A stretch of 64,000 nt of DNA from Streptosporangiales bacterium (GTDB taxonomy: Bacteria; Actinomycetota; Actinomycetes; Streptosporangiales; WHST01): the NCBI GenBank assembly GCA_036378185.1, contig DASUWX010000234.1, positions 17,120 to 81,119 of the forward strand, written 5' to 3'. The stretch's first letter is position 1; every line of letters starts with the position of its first letter. Below the pieces are notes generated by a model, which was not told the origin of the DNA, did not search any database, and worked only from the letters and a program-made list of their open reading frames with translations. This document shows positions 28,680-40,259 of the stretch, one piece after another. Made by a program: the position numbers and the translations under genes.

Positions 28680-29759
28680 CTACGACGTTTCGTGACCGGA
28701 GCCCGCGCCCAGCCGCCGCTCGAGCAGCGCGCGCACGTCGTCGGCGGTGTGCGGTGCGACGACGCCGCGCTTGGCGAGCAGCGTGACGGGTGTCAGCGAG
28801 GACCTGCCGTGCCGCAGGACGAACGAGCGACGCCGCTCCCGGAACCCCGCGTACGCCGTCCAGTCCGTGCTCGCGTCCGTGCCGGCAACCCTGAAGTGCA
28901 GGCCGCCCTCGTCGAGCGTGACGTGCTGCTCGCCGGCCACCAACGGATTCCTGCGCAGGACGGCCCGCGCCTGCAGCGAGGTCAGGCTGCCGACGAAGAC
29001 GCCGAGCGGGACGGCGACGACGAACGCCATGTTCATCGAGTACCCGTCCGGCGTGGTGTGGTAGCTCGCCGCCGACCACGCGACGCCGGCCACGACGAGG
29101 AGCACGGCGAACCAGGGGAGCAGCCGGTGGACGGCCGAGACCGACCGAATCGCCTCGACCCAGTCGGCGCGTTCGGGTGTCCAGTGCAGCTCGACGCGCC
29201 CGCCGTCGTCCGGTGCGGCCGCCGCCGACGGTGTGGTGGTGACCGGTTGCGGCCGCGGCGACGTGGCGAGCTGCACCGTGCGTCTGGACCCGGCGCGGCC
29301 GACGTGCTCGGTGAACCGGTTCCGCAGCGTCGAGCTGTCCGCTTCGGTGAGGGCCCGCTTCGGCAGCACGACGACCGACACCGAGCGTGCGCCGCCGGCG
29401 CGGAGGACGAACACCCGCGACGCCTCGCGCCACTCGGCGATCACGGACCACGCGTACTCCGTCGTCGCGCCGGCCCGGGCGACGCGCACGCCGTGCGCGT
29501 CCGCCACGGCGTCTACCCTGCGGCCGGCGGTGTTGCGGCGGAAGACCAGCACGGCCGTGAGCAGCTGCAGCAGCACGAACACGGGGCCGAGGACGAGCGC
29601 GAGCACACCGAGCCAGAACTGGTGGAGCGCGAGCTCGACGACGCCGACCAGCACGAGCAACCCGGCGAAGGCCGCCAGCCGCCTGCCCGCGAGGACGCGC
29701 GTCGCCTGCAGCGAATCGCGGAGCTCAGGCGTCCAGTGCAGTTCGATCGGCTCGGTCAT
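28680..29759 (-). CDS. YcxB-like membrane protein, internally duplicated (two modules)
   Basis: Two repeats of [ELHWTPE + two TM helices + bPH-like tail ending in ...VLPKRAL / ...LLAKRGV]. Modules begin at IELHWTPELRDS and VELHWTPERADW. Confidence 0.6.
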   Translation of the reverse strand: MTEPIELHWTPELRDSLQATRVLAGRRLAAFAGLLVLVGVVELALHQFWLGVLALVLGPVFVLLQLLTAVLVFRRNTAGRRVDAVADAHGVRVARAGATTEYAWSVIAEWREASRVFVLRAGGARSVSVVVLPKRALTEADSSTLRNRFTEHVGRAGSRRTVQLATSPRPQPVTTTPSAAAAPDDGGRVELHWTPERADWVEAIRSVSAVHRLLPWFAVLLVVAGVAWSAASYHTTPDGYSMNMAFVVAVPLGVFVGSLTSLQARAVLRRNPLVAGEQHVTLDEGGLHFRVAGTDASTDWTAYAGFRERRRSFVLRHGRSSLTPVTLLAKRGVVAPHTADDVRALLERRLGAGSGHETS

Positions 29760-29785
29760 GACGCCAGACCGTACAAGATCGCGAG

Positions 29786-30289
29786 CTAGGACGACCGGCT
29801 CTGTCCACAGGGTGCGATGTGCTCGTCGAGCAGGTCGCGCAGGTCCTGCTGCCGGTCCGCGGGGAGTGCCCGTTTGGGGATGACCATCGACGGGGCGCGT
29901 GCGGTGCCGCCCATCCGGAGCAGGAACGAGTGCCGCAGCTCGTGCCAGGCGGCGAAGCTCGACCAGGCGATCCGGCTGCGCTCACCGTCGACGGCCATGT
30001 CCACCCCGTCGGGGTGCACGCTCGCCTCGATGTGCTGGGACGCCATCGGGTTGCGGCTGAACGCGAGGTACGCCGGGAGGTAGGGCAGCAGGAACGTCAC
30101 CACCGCGAGGACGATCGCCACCGCCGCCAGTGCCCACAGCGTGCCCAGCGCGGCGATCACGGCCGCGACGACGAGCGCGACGGCGAGCACCCACCGCCAG
30201 CGCACCGCGGGGTACATGGCCGCCATCGCCTCCGGCCAGTCGCCCGGTTTCGGCGTCCAGGCCAGCCCGACCGGCTCACGCAGTGACAT
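29786..30289 (-). CDS. YcxB-like membrane protein (single module)
   Basis: ATG 30289 lies 17 nt downstream of the glgB stop. GLAWTPKPGDW + two TM helices + tail ...SFLLRMGGTARAPSMVIPKRAL, the same architecture as the modules of 28680..29759. Confidence 0.6.
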   Translation of the reverse strand: MSLREPVGLAWTPKPGDWPEAMAAMYPAVRWRWVLAVALVVAAVIAALGTLWALAAVAIVLAVVTFLLPYLPAYLAFSRNPMASQHIEASVHPDGVDMAVDGERSRIAWSSFAAWHELRHSFLLRMGGTARAPSMVIPKRALPADRQQDLRDLLDEHIAPCGQSRSS

Positions 30290-30306
30290 GCGCGCTCCGT
30301 CCTGCG

Positions 30307-32475
30307 CTAATCGGATTCGGGGACGAGCCAGAGAGCGCCGAGCGGGGGGACGGACAGGCGCGTGGACGCGGGGAGCCCGTGGTAGGTCTGCTCGGTCGCC
30401 TCGATGCCGCCGAAGTTGCCGACGCCGCTGCCGCCGTAGTCGTGCGCGTCGGTGTTGAGCAGCTCGCGCCACCGGCCGGCGCGGGGGAGGCCGAGCCGGT
30501 AGCCGATGTGTGGCACCGCGGAGAAGTTCACGATGCACGCCAGCACGCCGCCGTCGCCGTCGTAGCGCAGGAACGACAGCACGTTGCCCGCGGAGTCGTC
30601 GGCGTCGATCCAGCGGAAGCCCGCCTGGTCGTGGTCCTGCCGCCACAGTGCCGGTGTCGACGCGTAGACCCGGTTGAGGTCGCGCACCAGGTCGCGCACG
30701 CCGGCGCGGTCCGGCTCGTCGAGATGCGGCCAGTGCAGACCGTTCTGCTCGGACCACTCGGTGTCCTGCGCGAACTCCCCGCCCATGAAGAGCAGCTGCT
30801 TGCCCGGATGCGCCCACATGTACGCGAACAGCGCGCGCAGGTTGGCGAGCTTGCGCCAGTGGTCTCCGGGCATCTTGCGGTACAGCGAGCCCTTGCCGTG
30901 CACGACCTCGTCGTGCGACAGCGGCAGCACGAAGTTCTCGCTGAACGCGTACATCATCGAGAAGGTCAGCTCGTGGTGGTGGTACTGCCGGTAGACCGGG
31001 TCGTGGGACATGTAGCTGAGCGTGTCGTGCATCCAGCCCATGTTCCACTTGAACCCGAACCCGAGGCCGCCGAGGTACGTCGGCCGCGAGACGCCGGGCC
31101 ACGACGTGGACTCCTCCGCGACCGTCACGACGCCGGGCACCTGCTTGTAGACGGTGGCGTTGGTCTCCTGCAGGAACGCGATCGCGTCGAGGTTCTCGCT
31201 GCCGCCGTACCGGTTCGGCAGCCACTGCCCCTCGTTGCGCGAGTAGTCGAGGTACAGCATCGACGCGACGGCGTCGACGCGCAGCCCGTCGACGTGGTAC
31301 TCCCGCAGCCAGAACAGCGCGTTCGCGACGAGGAAGTTGCGGACCTCGTACCGGCCGACGTCGAAGACGAACGTGCCCCAGTCGGGGTGCTCGCCGAGGC
31401 GCGGGTCGGCGTGCTCGTACAGCGGCGTGCCGTCGAACCGCGCCAGCGCCCACGCGTCCCGCGGGAAGTGCGCCGGCACCCAGTCGACCAGGACGCCGAT
31501 ACCGGCCTGGTGCAGCGTGTCGACGAGGTGGCGGAAGTCGTCCGGGTCGCCGAACCGCGACGTCGGTGCGTAGTACGAGGTGACCTGGTAGCCCCACGAG
31601 CCGCCGTACGGGTGTTCCGCGACGGGCAGCAGCTCGACGTGGGTGAAACCCATCTCGGTGACGTACGCCGTCAGCTGCTCGGCGAGCTCGCGGTAGGACA
31701 GGCCGGTGCGCCAGGAGCCGAGGTGCACCTCGTACACCGACATGGGCGCCTGGTGCGCGCGCGTCGCCGCGCGCCGGTCCAGCCAGGACGCGTCGCCCCA
31801 CTCGTAGGACGAGTCGTAGACGACGGACGCCGTCTTCGGCGGCTGCTCGGTGGCGAACGCCAGCGGGTCGGCCTTCTGCCGCCACACCCAGTCGTTGCCG
31901 AGGATCGCGTACTTGTACCGCGTGCCGGCGCCGACGTCTGGGACGAACAGCTCCCACACGCCGGTGCCGCCCATCGAGCGCATCGGGTGCGCCTGGCCGT
32001 CCCAGCCGTTGAAGTCGCCGACGACGCGGACGCCGCGCGCGTTCGGCGCCCAGACCGCGAACGACGTCCCGCGCACCGTGCCGAGCGTCGAGTCGTACGA
32101 GCGGACGTGCGCGCCGAGCACGTGCCACAACTCCTCGTGCCGGCCCTCGCCGATCAGGTGCAGGTCGATGTCGCCGAGCGTGGGCAGGAACCGGTACGGG
32201 TCGTCGACCAGGTGGACGTCGTCCCCGTACGCCACCTCGAGCCGGTAGTCGACGACATCCGGTACCGGCAGGGTGCCGGTGAAGACACCGCCGTACTCGT
32301 GCGCGAGGGGTGTGCGTACGCCGTCGGCGGTCACGGCCGCGACGGCGGTGGCACCGGGCCGCAGCGTGCGGACGACGACGCCGCCCCCGCCCTTGTGCGG
32401 GCCGAGCAGCCCATGCGGGTTGTGGTGCGTGCCGTCCAACAGCCGCTGCAGCGCGTCCCGGTCGGTGGCTAACAT
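30307..32475 (-). CDS. glgB: 1,4-alpha-glucan branching enzyme
   Basis: GH13 branching-enzyme signatures ([45 protein letters not shown]) and N-terminal CBM48. Confidence 0.96.
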   Translation of the reverse strand: MLATDRDALQRLLDGTHHNPHGLLGPHKGGGGVVVRTLRPGATAVAAVTADGVRTPLAHEYGGVFTGTLPVPDVVDYRLEVAYGDDVHLVDDPYRFLPTLGDIDLHLIGEGRHEELWHVLGAHVRSYDSTLGTVRGTSFAVWAPNARGVRVVGDFNGWDGQAHPMRSMGGTGVWELFVPDVGAGTRYKYAILGNDWVWRQKADPLAFATEQPPKTASVVYDSSYEWGDASWLDRRAATRAHQAPMSVYEVHLGSWRTGLSYRELAEQLTAYVTEMGFTHVELLPVAEHPYGGSWGYQVTSYYAPTSRFGDPDDFRHLVDTLHQAGIGVLVDWVPAHFPRDAWALARFDGTPLYEHADPRLGEHPDWGTFVFDVGRYEVRNFLVANALFWLREYHVDGLRVDAVASMLYLDYSRNEGQWLPNRYGGSENLDAIAFLQETNATVYKQVPGVVTVAEESTSWPGVSRPTYLGGLGFGFKWNMGWMHDTLSYMSHDPVYRQYHHHELTFSMMYAFSENFVLPLSHDEVVHGKGSLYRKMPGDHWRKLANLRALFAYMWAHPGKQLLFMGGEFAQDTEWSEQNGLHWPHLDEPDRAGVRDLVRDLNRVYASTPALWRQDHDQAGFRWIDADDSAGNVLSFLRYDGDGGVLACIVNFSAVPHIGYRLGLPRAGRWRELLNTDAHDYGGSGVGNFGGIEATEQTYHGLPASTRLSVPPLGALWLVPESD

Positions 32476-32595
32476 GCGCGCCCGCTTCCTCGCTCCCCTC
32501 CGGCAGGTCTCGCGCCATGCGTCGGCATCTGGTCGGGGTCAGCGTGCGCGACCCCTACCTCCGGCTCGCTCGTCAGCTCCTGCGCTCGAACCTGG

Positions 32596-33945
32596 TCAGT
32601 CACGGTCTCCCACCATGCGCTCTATCGCGTTCATGGGGATGCGCAGCCAGCTGGGCCGGTGCCGTGACTCGTACACGACCTCGTAGACCGCCTTGTCGAG
32701 CTCGAACGCGTTCAGCAGTGCGTGCTGGTCGCGCGGGTCGGTGCCGGCCTCGGCGGCGTATCCCGTGCAGAACGCTTCCCGATTGCGCGCGCTCCATTCC
32801 CGCGCGCGGTATTCGTGCTGCGGGTCGCCGTACTGCTCCACGAGCAGGTGCTCGGCCGCGTAGTCGAACGAGCGGAGCATGCCGGCGACGTCCTTGAGCG
32901 CCGACGCCTCGGCGCGGCGCACCTCGAGCGGGTACTCGGGCTCGCCCTCGAAGTCGAGCAGCACCCAGCCCTCGGTGGTGCGCATCACCTGGCCGAGGTG
33001 GTAGTCGCCGTGCACCCGCTGCACGGTGAACGTGTCGACCTCGTCGGGCAGCGCGGCGAACGCGGCGTCGATGGCGCGGGCGTGGACGGCGAGGCTCGGC
33101 GCCTCGCGCTGCGCCTCCGCGAGGTGCTCGCGCATCGCCTGCGCGAGATCCGCCGCCGACCCGGTGTGCTCGGCGCCCAGCGAGCGCGCCAGATCGCGGT
33201 GCACGGCCGCGGTGGCGGTGCCCAACCGCTCGGACTCCGCGGCGAAGTCGCCGCCGACCTCGTCCGCGTGCAGGTCGGCCTCGGCGTAGAGGTCCCGCAC
33301 GCTGGCGGTGGCGAGCAGCCAGCCGTCGGTGCCCGTGCGCAGGAACCGCTGCAGCAGGCCCAGTGTCGTGGTCTCGCCGTCGACGTCGGTCTCGTACCAG
33401 CCGAGCGGCTCGGCGATGTGCGTCGAACCGGCCCGGTAGAGCGCGAGGTGCAGCTCGAGGTCGGGGTTGGTGCCGGTCACCAGGCGGCGGAACGTCTTGA
33501 GGATGTACTCCTCGCCGTACACCAGCGAGGTGTTCGTCTGCTCGTGCGGTATCGCGAGGCTGGTCAGCGTCACGTCGAGCGGGCCGGTGTCCGGCACCGG
33601 GTGGAACCGCAGCTCGCCGACGACGGCCTCCGCGGCGATGAGCTCGAGCAGCCGGTAGGTCAGCTCGGAGTCGTGCGCGGCGTCGTACCAGGCGACGCCG
33701 TCGCCGTCACCGATGTGGACGTGCGCGAGCCGGTCGGGCAGCTCCCTGCGGGAGCCGAGGAGCAGCTGGTACCTGTCCGTGCCGCCGGTGTGCGCGACCG
33801 ACAGCAGGAGCAGCTGCAGCGACGGATCGCCCTCGACCAGCTCGGTGCGTTGCTCGACGCCGACCCGCTCGATCGTGCGTGCGCCGCCGGCGTACCACCG
33901 CTGGGTGGGTAGCCACTCCCTGAGCTGTTTCTCGAACGCATCCAT
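32596..33945 (-). CDS. pep2: Maltokinase (maltose 1-phosphate-forming)
   Basis: Typical Mak/Pep2 N-terminus (LREWLPTQRWYAGG) and kinase catalytic loop HGDYHLGQV. Positioned between treS and glgB. Confidence 0.9.
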   Translation of the reverse strand: MDAFEKQLREWLPTQRWYAGGARTIERVGVEQRTELVEGDPSLQLLLLSVAHTGGTDRYQLLLGSRRELPDRLAHVHIGDGDGVAWYDAAHDSELTYRLLELIAAEAVVGELRFHPVPDTGPLDVTLTSLAIPHEQTNTSLVYGEEYILKTFRRLVTGTNPDLELHLALYRAGSTHIAEPLGWYETDVDGETTTLGLLQRFLRTGTDGWLLATASVRDLYAEADLHADEVGGDFAAESERLGTATAAVHRDLARSLGAEHTGSAADLAQAMREHLAEAQREAPSLAVHARAIDAAFAALPDEVDTFTVQRVHGDYHLGQVMRTTEGWVLLDFEGEPEYPLEVRRAEASALKDVAGMLRSFDYAAEHLLVEQYGDPQHEYRAREWSARNREAFCTGYAAEAGTDPRDQHALLNAFELDKAVYEVVYESRHRPSWLRIPMNAIERMVGDRD

Positions 33946-33957
33946 CCCTAGGGGACC

Positions 33958-35658
<1,701 letters not shown>

Positions 35659-35689
35659 GTCGCCTCCGCTCGAAACGGCGCGGTCGCGG

Positions 35690-37678
35690 TCATTGCTCGA
35701 CGTACCTCCGTACGGAGAAGACGTGGGCGGGTTCTGGCCAGTTGTCGAGACGGACGTAGTTGTCCTGTCCCCAGACGTACTGCGCGCCGGTCATCAGGTC
35801 GTCGACGAGGATGCGCTCGTCCCAGTCGAATCCCAGTGCCGGCAGGTCCAGGTGCACGGTCGCCTCATGGGCGCCGTGCGGGTCCAGGTTGCAGGCGACG
35901 AGGACCACGTCGCCCAGCCCGCCCCGTTCTGGGCCGGGAACCCGTTTGGAGTAGCAGATGATGTGCGGCTCAGCCTGCCATACCTCGTGGAAGCGGAGGT
36001 TCCTGAGGTAGTGCAGTGCGGGGTGGCGTCGCCTGATCTGGTTGAGCTTCGTGAGGTACGGCGCGATCGTCCGGCCCTCGTGCTCGGCGGCGTCCCACTC
36101 ACGCGGCCGCAGCTGGTACTTCTCCGAGTCGAGGTACTCCTCGCTGCCCGGCCGCACGGGCACGTTCTCGCACAGCTCGTAGCCCGCGTAGACGCCCCAG
36201 CTGGGGGACAGGGTCGCCGCCAGCACCGCGCGGATGAGGAACGCCGGCGGGCCGCCGTGCTGCAGGTACTCGGTGAGGATGTCCGGGGTGTTGACGAAGA
36301 AATTGGGGCGCATGAACGCCGCCGTCTCCGTCGACAGCTCGCGCAGGTACTCCTCGAGCTCGTCCCTGCCGTTGCGCCAGGTGAAGTACGTGTACGACTG
36401 GTGGAAGCCGATCTTGCCGAGCGTGTGCATCATGGCGGCGCGGGTGAACGCCTCGGCGAGGAAGAGGACGTCCGGGTCGGTCTCGTGCACCGCGGCGAGC
36501 AGCTGCTCCCAGAACCGCACGGGCTTGGTGTGCGGGTTGTCGACGCGGAAGATGCGCACGCCGTGGCTCATCCAGTGCCGGACGATGCGCAGCACCTCGG
36601 CGAAGATGCCGTCCGGGTCGGTGTCGAAGTTGACGGGGTAGATGTCCTGGTACTTCTTCGGCGGGTTCTCGGCGTACGCGATCGAGCCGTCCGCGCGGAT
36701 GTGGAACCACTCCGGGTGCTCGGTGACCCAGGGGTGGTCGGGGGAGGCGTTCAGCGCGAGGTCGAGCGCCACCTCGAGCCCGAGTTCCTTCGCCCGGGTG
36801 ACGAACCGGTCGAAGTCGTCGATCGTGCCGAGGTCGGGGTGCACCGCGTCGTGCCCGCCGGCCGGCGACCCGATCGCCCACGGCGCCCCGGGGTCGTCCG
36901 GGCCGGGCACCAGCGAGTTGTTGGCGCCCTTGCGGTTGGTCGTGCCGATCGGGTGGATCGGCGGCAGGTAGACGACGTCGAAGCCCATCTCCGCCACGGC
37001 GGGCAGCCGTTCCGACGCCGTCTCGAACGTGCCCGACTTCGGCGGGTCGAGCGTGGCGCCCTCGGAACGCGGGAACAGCTCGTACCACGAGCCGTAGAGC
37101 GCCCTGGGCCGGTCCACGCGTACGGGGTAGTACGGGCTCGCGGTGGTGAGGTCGCGCAGCGGGTACGCGTCGAGCAGCGCGAGCACGTCCGGCGCGGTGG
37201 CCGCGGCGAACCTGTCGTCGGGCGACTGGCGCCGGTCGCGGAGCAGCGGCACGAGGTCCCGCAACCGGTTGCGGTAGGTCGTGGGGACGCGCCGCGCGGC
37301 CCGGTCGAGCAGGCGTGCGCCCTCCTCGAGCATCAGCTCCGCGTCGATGCCGAGGGGGATCTTGATGCCGGCGTCGTGCCGCCATGTCGCGAACGGGTCG
37401 CCCCACGCCTCGACGCGGAAGCGCCAGTCGCCCTCGGACGTCACGGTGACGTCGGCAGCCCAGTGGTCGGCCCAGCTCACCTCCAGCCGCATCGCCACCA
37501 GCGGCAGTCGCCTGCCGTCCGGGTCGCGCAGCTGGACACCCGCGGCCACGGCGTCGTGCCCCTCGCGGAAGACGGTGGCGGTGACGGGGAAGGACTCGCC
37601 CGCCACGGCCTTCGCCGGCCAGCGGCCCCCGTCGACCGTCGGCTGTACGTTCAGGATGGGGAAGCGTCCGAGCGTCAT
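35690..37678 (-). CDS. glgE: Alpha-1,4-glucan:maltose-1-phosphate maltosyltransferase
   Basis: ATG 37678 inside ORF 35690..37828. GlgE N-terminus ([21 protein letters not shown]) and the catalytic region [10 protein letters not shown]. Confidence 0.95.
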   Translation of the reverse strand: MTLGRFPILNVQPTVDGGRWPAKAVAGESFPVTATVFREGHDAVAAGVQLRDPDGRRLPLVAMRLEVSWADHWAADVTVTSEGDWRFRVEAWGDPFATWRHDAGIKIPLGIDAELMLEEGARLLDRAARRVPTTYRNRLRDLVPLLRDRRQSPDDRFAAATAPDVLALLDAYPLRDLTTASPYYPVRVDRPRALYGSWYELFPRSEGATLDPPKSGTFETASERLPAVAEMGFDVVYLPPIHPIGTTNRKGANNSLVPGPDDPGAPWAIGSPAGGHDAVHPDLGTIDDFDRFVTRAKELGLEVALDLALNASPDHPWVTEHPEWFHIRADGSIAYAENPPKKYQDIYPVNFDTDPDGIFAEVLRIVRHWMSHGVRIFRVDNPHTKPVRFWEQLLAAVHETDPDVLFLAEAFTRAAMMHTLGKIGFHQSYTYFTWRNGRDELEEYLRELSTETAAFMRPNFFVNTPDILTEYLQHGGPPAFLIRAVLAATLSPSWGVYAGYELCENVPVRPGSEEYLDSEKYQLRPREWDAAEHEGRTIAPYLTKLNQIRRRHPALHYLRNLRFHEVWQAEPHIICYSKRVPGPERGGLGDVVLVACNLDPHGAHEATVHLDLPALGFDWDERILVDDLMTGAQYVWGQDNYVRLDNWPEPAHVFSVRRYVEQ

Positions 37679-37828
37679 CCCGCCAGACGATAGCGGGATC
37701 GGGTGCACGTGTCCCTGCTGGCGCTTCCGACGCGTCGGCCCGGCTGGTCGTGCCGCGTTCTCGACCCGCCGAAAGTCGTTGGGAACACTGGGGATTCGTG
37801 ATGTAGGTATCGATAGCTCCTGGTACAC

Positions 37829-37844
37829 TCGAACATATGTTCGA
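37829..37844. promoter_or_regulatory. Perfect actinobacterial LexA SOS box TCGAAC-ATAT-GTTCGA
   Basis: Exact match to the TCGAAC-N4-GTTCGA consensus, part of the 18-bp palindrome CTCGAACATATGTTCGAG. It contains ATG 37837 of the DUF222 remnant. A -10-like TACACT (37824-37829) abuts it. Confidence 0.75.
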
Positions 37845-38475
37845 GCCCGCTTGGATCGCCGACCCTTCGCTGCGTGCCGCCGCGGAACTGCCGCCCGGCC
37901 CGGAGCAGTGGGCGGCGGTCCGTGCGCTGGACCCGGCGTCGTTGAGCCACGACGACCGGCTCGTCGTGATAGAGCTGACCGAACGCTGCAAGGCCGCCCT
38001 CGACGCCGACCAACAACCCGTCTACGCCGCTCTCGCCCACGGCGACCCGGGTCGTGACGGTGACTGCGTCGAATGGGTGTGCGACGAACTCGCCCTCGTC
38101 ACCAGGTACTCGGCCGACACTTGCGGCTCCCGGCTGATGGTCGGGCAGGCGCTGGCCGAGCAGTTCCGGGCGACGCTCGCACTCATGGCCGCCGGCCGGG
38201 TCAGCTATTGGTACGGGCGTGCTCTCGTCGACGAGACAGCCTGCCTTTCAGCGGAGAAGGCGGCGCTGGTCGAGAAGCACGTCCTCGACCGAGCGCCGGA
38301 CCTGCACCTGGGTGAGTACCGGCAGGCCGTCCGCCGCGCACAAGACGCTGGCGACTCGAGAACAGCGACGACGGCACCTGGACCTGGACAATATCGGCCG
38401 GCCGCAGAACACGAAGACGCCTTTCGACCACCGCGACCTGTCCTGACGCGGGCAAGTGGAGCGGCCGCACGCTAG
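37837..38475 (+). pseudogene. Truncated/frameshifted DUF222 (13E12-repeat-type, normally HNH-endonuclease-containing) gene remnant
   Basis: The first ~175 aa look like a DUF222 N-terminal region (...ALMAAGRVSYWYGRALVDET...). The expected ~250 further aa and the HNH motif are absent. A DUF222-like continuation (REQRRRHLDLD) appears in another frame (ORF 38219..38446). Confidence 0.6.
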
Positions 38476-39070
38476 CGTGCCCCTCGTGGTCGAGCCGCCG
38501 GATCCTGCCGTGATCGTCGTCACCGGAGTGATGGCGGCGGGGAAGTCGACGGTCGCCCAGGCCCTCGCGGAACGGCTCCCGCGGTCCGCGCACGTGCGCG
38601 GGGACGTGTTCCGCCGGATGGTGGTGGGCGGACGCGCGGAGGTCACCGGCGAGCTGTCGCCGGAGAGCATGAGGCAGCTCGAGCTGCGCCACCGCCTGGC
38701 CGCGCAGGTCGCGGACGGCTACGCGGACGCGGGGTTCACGACGGTCCTGCAGGACATAGCGCTGGGCGACCAGCTCGTCGAGTTGGTGCGGGCGGTGCGC
38801 ACCCGCCCGCGGTACGTGGTGGTGTTGGCGCCCCGGGCGGACGTGGTGGCGCGCAGGGAGGCCGGTCGCGGGAAGACGGGCTACGGCGGGGGGTGGACCG
38901 TGGCCGAGCTGGACCGGGCGTTGCGTGAGGAGACGTCGCGGCTCGGCCTGTGGCTCGACACGTCGGAGCTCACGGTCACTGCGACGGTCGATGCCATCCT
39001 CGCGGATCTCCCGGCGGCGGCGGTCGACGAGTGGGCATACCTGGGGCGTTCGACAGGCTCGTCGCCGTGA
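38456..39070 (+). CDS. P-loop kinase-like protein (AAA_33 / chloramphenicol-phosphotransferase-like)
   Basis: Walker A GVMAAGKST near the N-terminus, about 200 aa, a small-molecule-kinase-like layout. The stop overlaps the next start (GTGA). Confidence 0.68.
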   Translation: MERPHASVPLVVEPPDPAVIVVTGVMAAGKSTVAQALAERLPRSAHVRGDVFRRMVVGGRAEVTGELSPESMRQLELRHRLAAQVADGYADAGFTTVLQDIALGDQLVELVRAVRTRPRYVVVLAPRADVVARREAGRGKTGYGGGWTVAELDRALREETSRLGLWLDTSELTVTATVDAILADLPAAAVDEWAYLGRSTGSSP

Positions 39071-40134
39071 CCTCCGCGTTCCTGCCGGGCATCGAGCTCT
39101 CGCGGCGCTTCTACCGGGAGGCCGTACGGCCGCTGCTGGACGGGTACCTGCCGGGCTTGGCGCACTCGGCCGCACTTCTCGGAGCGGGTTCCGAGGTGCT
39201 CGGGTATGACACGGAACGCTCCACCGACCACGACTGGGGTCCGCGCGTGCTCGTCCTCCTGGCGCCGGCTGACGCCGAGCGGCACGGCGGGCGGCTCGAC
39301 GCGCTGTTGGCGGCCCGGCTCCCGGAGAAGTTCCTCGGCCGCCCGGTCCGGTACTCCTCGACGGCGGAACCGGGCGGCCCCCCTCGGCACCGGGTCGTCG
39401 TGACGGGACTCGGCGCGTGGCTGACGGGACACCTCGGGTTCGACCCCCGCGGCGGGGTCACCACCGCGGATTGGCTCGCCACCCCGACCCAGCGCCTCGC
39501 CGAGCTGACCACGGGTGCCGTCTTCCACGACGGCCTCGGGGAGCTGGAGGATGTCCGCGGCCGGCTCGCCTGGTATCCGCCCGAGGTCTGGCGCTACGTG
39601 CTGGCGTGCCAGTGGACCAGGATCGGACAGGAAGAGGCGTTCGTCGGCCGCTGCGGCGAGGTGGGCGACGAGCTCGGCTCGGCCGTCGTCGCCGCGCGAC
39701 TCGTCCGCGACATGATGCGGCTCTGCCTGCTGATGGCGCGGCGCTACCCGCCCTACAGCAAGTGGCTCGGCACCGCGTTCGCCGAACTTCCTGCCGCGGC
39801 CCGCCTCAGCCGGGCGCTCGTCGCGGCGCTCGCCGCGACGAACTGGCGTGACCGGGAGCACCATCTGTGCGGCGCCTACGAGACGGTGGCGGCGATGCAC
39901 AACGACCTGGCCTTGACCGAGTCGCTGGAACCCACCGTGCGGCCGTTCTTCGACCGGCCGTTCCGGGTGATCGACGCGGCCCGGTTCGCCCGAGCGCTGC
40001 GGTCGACGATCGCCGATCCCACACTGCGGAGCCTGTCGCCGACCGGCGCGGTCGACCAGCTCGTCGACAGCACCGACGGGCTGGGCGACCTGCGGCTGCT
40101 CCGGCGGGTGACGACGGCACGTCTGCAAGGGTGA
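39067..40134 (+). CDS. Pol-beta-type nucleotidyltransferase-like protein with DUF4037-like C-terminal domain
   Basis: GTG 39067 in ORF 38950..40134. Minimal NTase motif GAGSEVLGYDTERSTDHD (GS...DxD) followed by a helical C-terminal region. Confidence 0.6.
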   Translation: MTSAFLPGIELSRRFYREAVRPLLDGYLPGLAHSAALLGAGSEVLGYDTERSTDHDWGPRVLVLLAPADAERHGGRLDALLAARLPEKFLGRPVRYSSTAEPGGPPRHRVVVTGLGAWLTGHLGFDPRGGVTTADWLATPTQRLAELTTGAVFHDGLGELEDVRGRLAWYPPEVWRYVLACQWTRIGQEEAFVGRCGEVGDELGSAVVAARLVRDMMRLCLLMARRYPPYSKWLGTAFAELPAAARLSRALVAALAATNWRDREHHLCGAYETVAAMHNDLALTESLEPTVRPFFDRPFRVIDAARFARALRSTIADPTLRSLSPTGAVDQLVDSTDGLGDLRLLRRVTTARLQG

Positions 40135-40178
40135 GGGGCACTCTGATCACGCCCTGACGGGACCAGGGTGCCCCTCAC
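40131..40178 (+). repeat. REP-like hairpin element, copy 1 (GTGAGGGGCAC-N26-GTGCCCCTCAC)
   Basis: 11-bp perfect arms that can extend to ~15 bp. The left arm contains the TGA stop of 39067..40134. Confidence 0.7.
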
Positions 40179-40259
40179 ACGTCCGGGAGCGTTCGGGCAC
40201 CCAAGCAAAGACCCGCGTCGGTGCCCACGGGCGGGCGGGTCCTACTAGGCTTCCCGCCC

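Noticed and set aside
32476-32595. A possible third, divergent copy of the MIRU-like repeat in the 120-bp pep2-glgB spacer, which shares CCGCTTCCTCGCTC with the repeat's CCGCTCCTCGCTC.
   Set aside because: Similarity is limited to a low-complexity CTCGCT-type stretch. The orientation is opposite to the host operon, there is no bridging ORF, and there is no collinear alignment of the rest.
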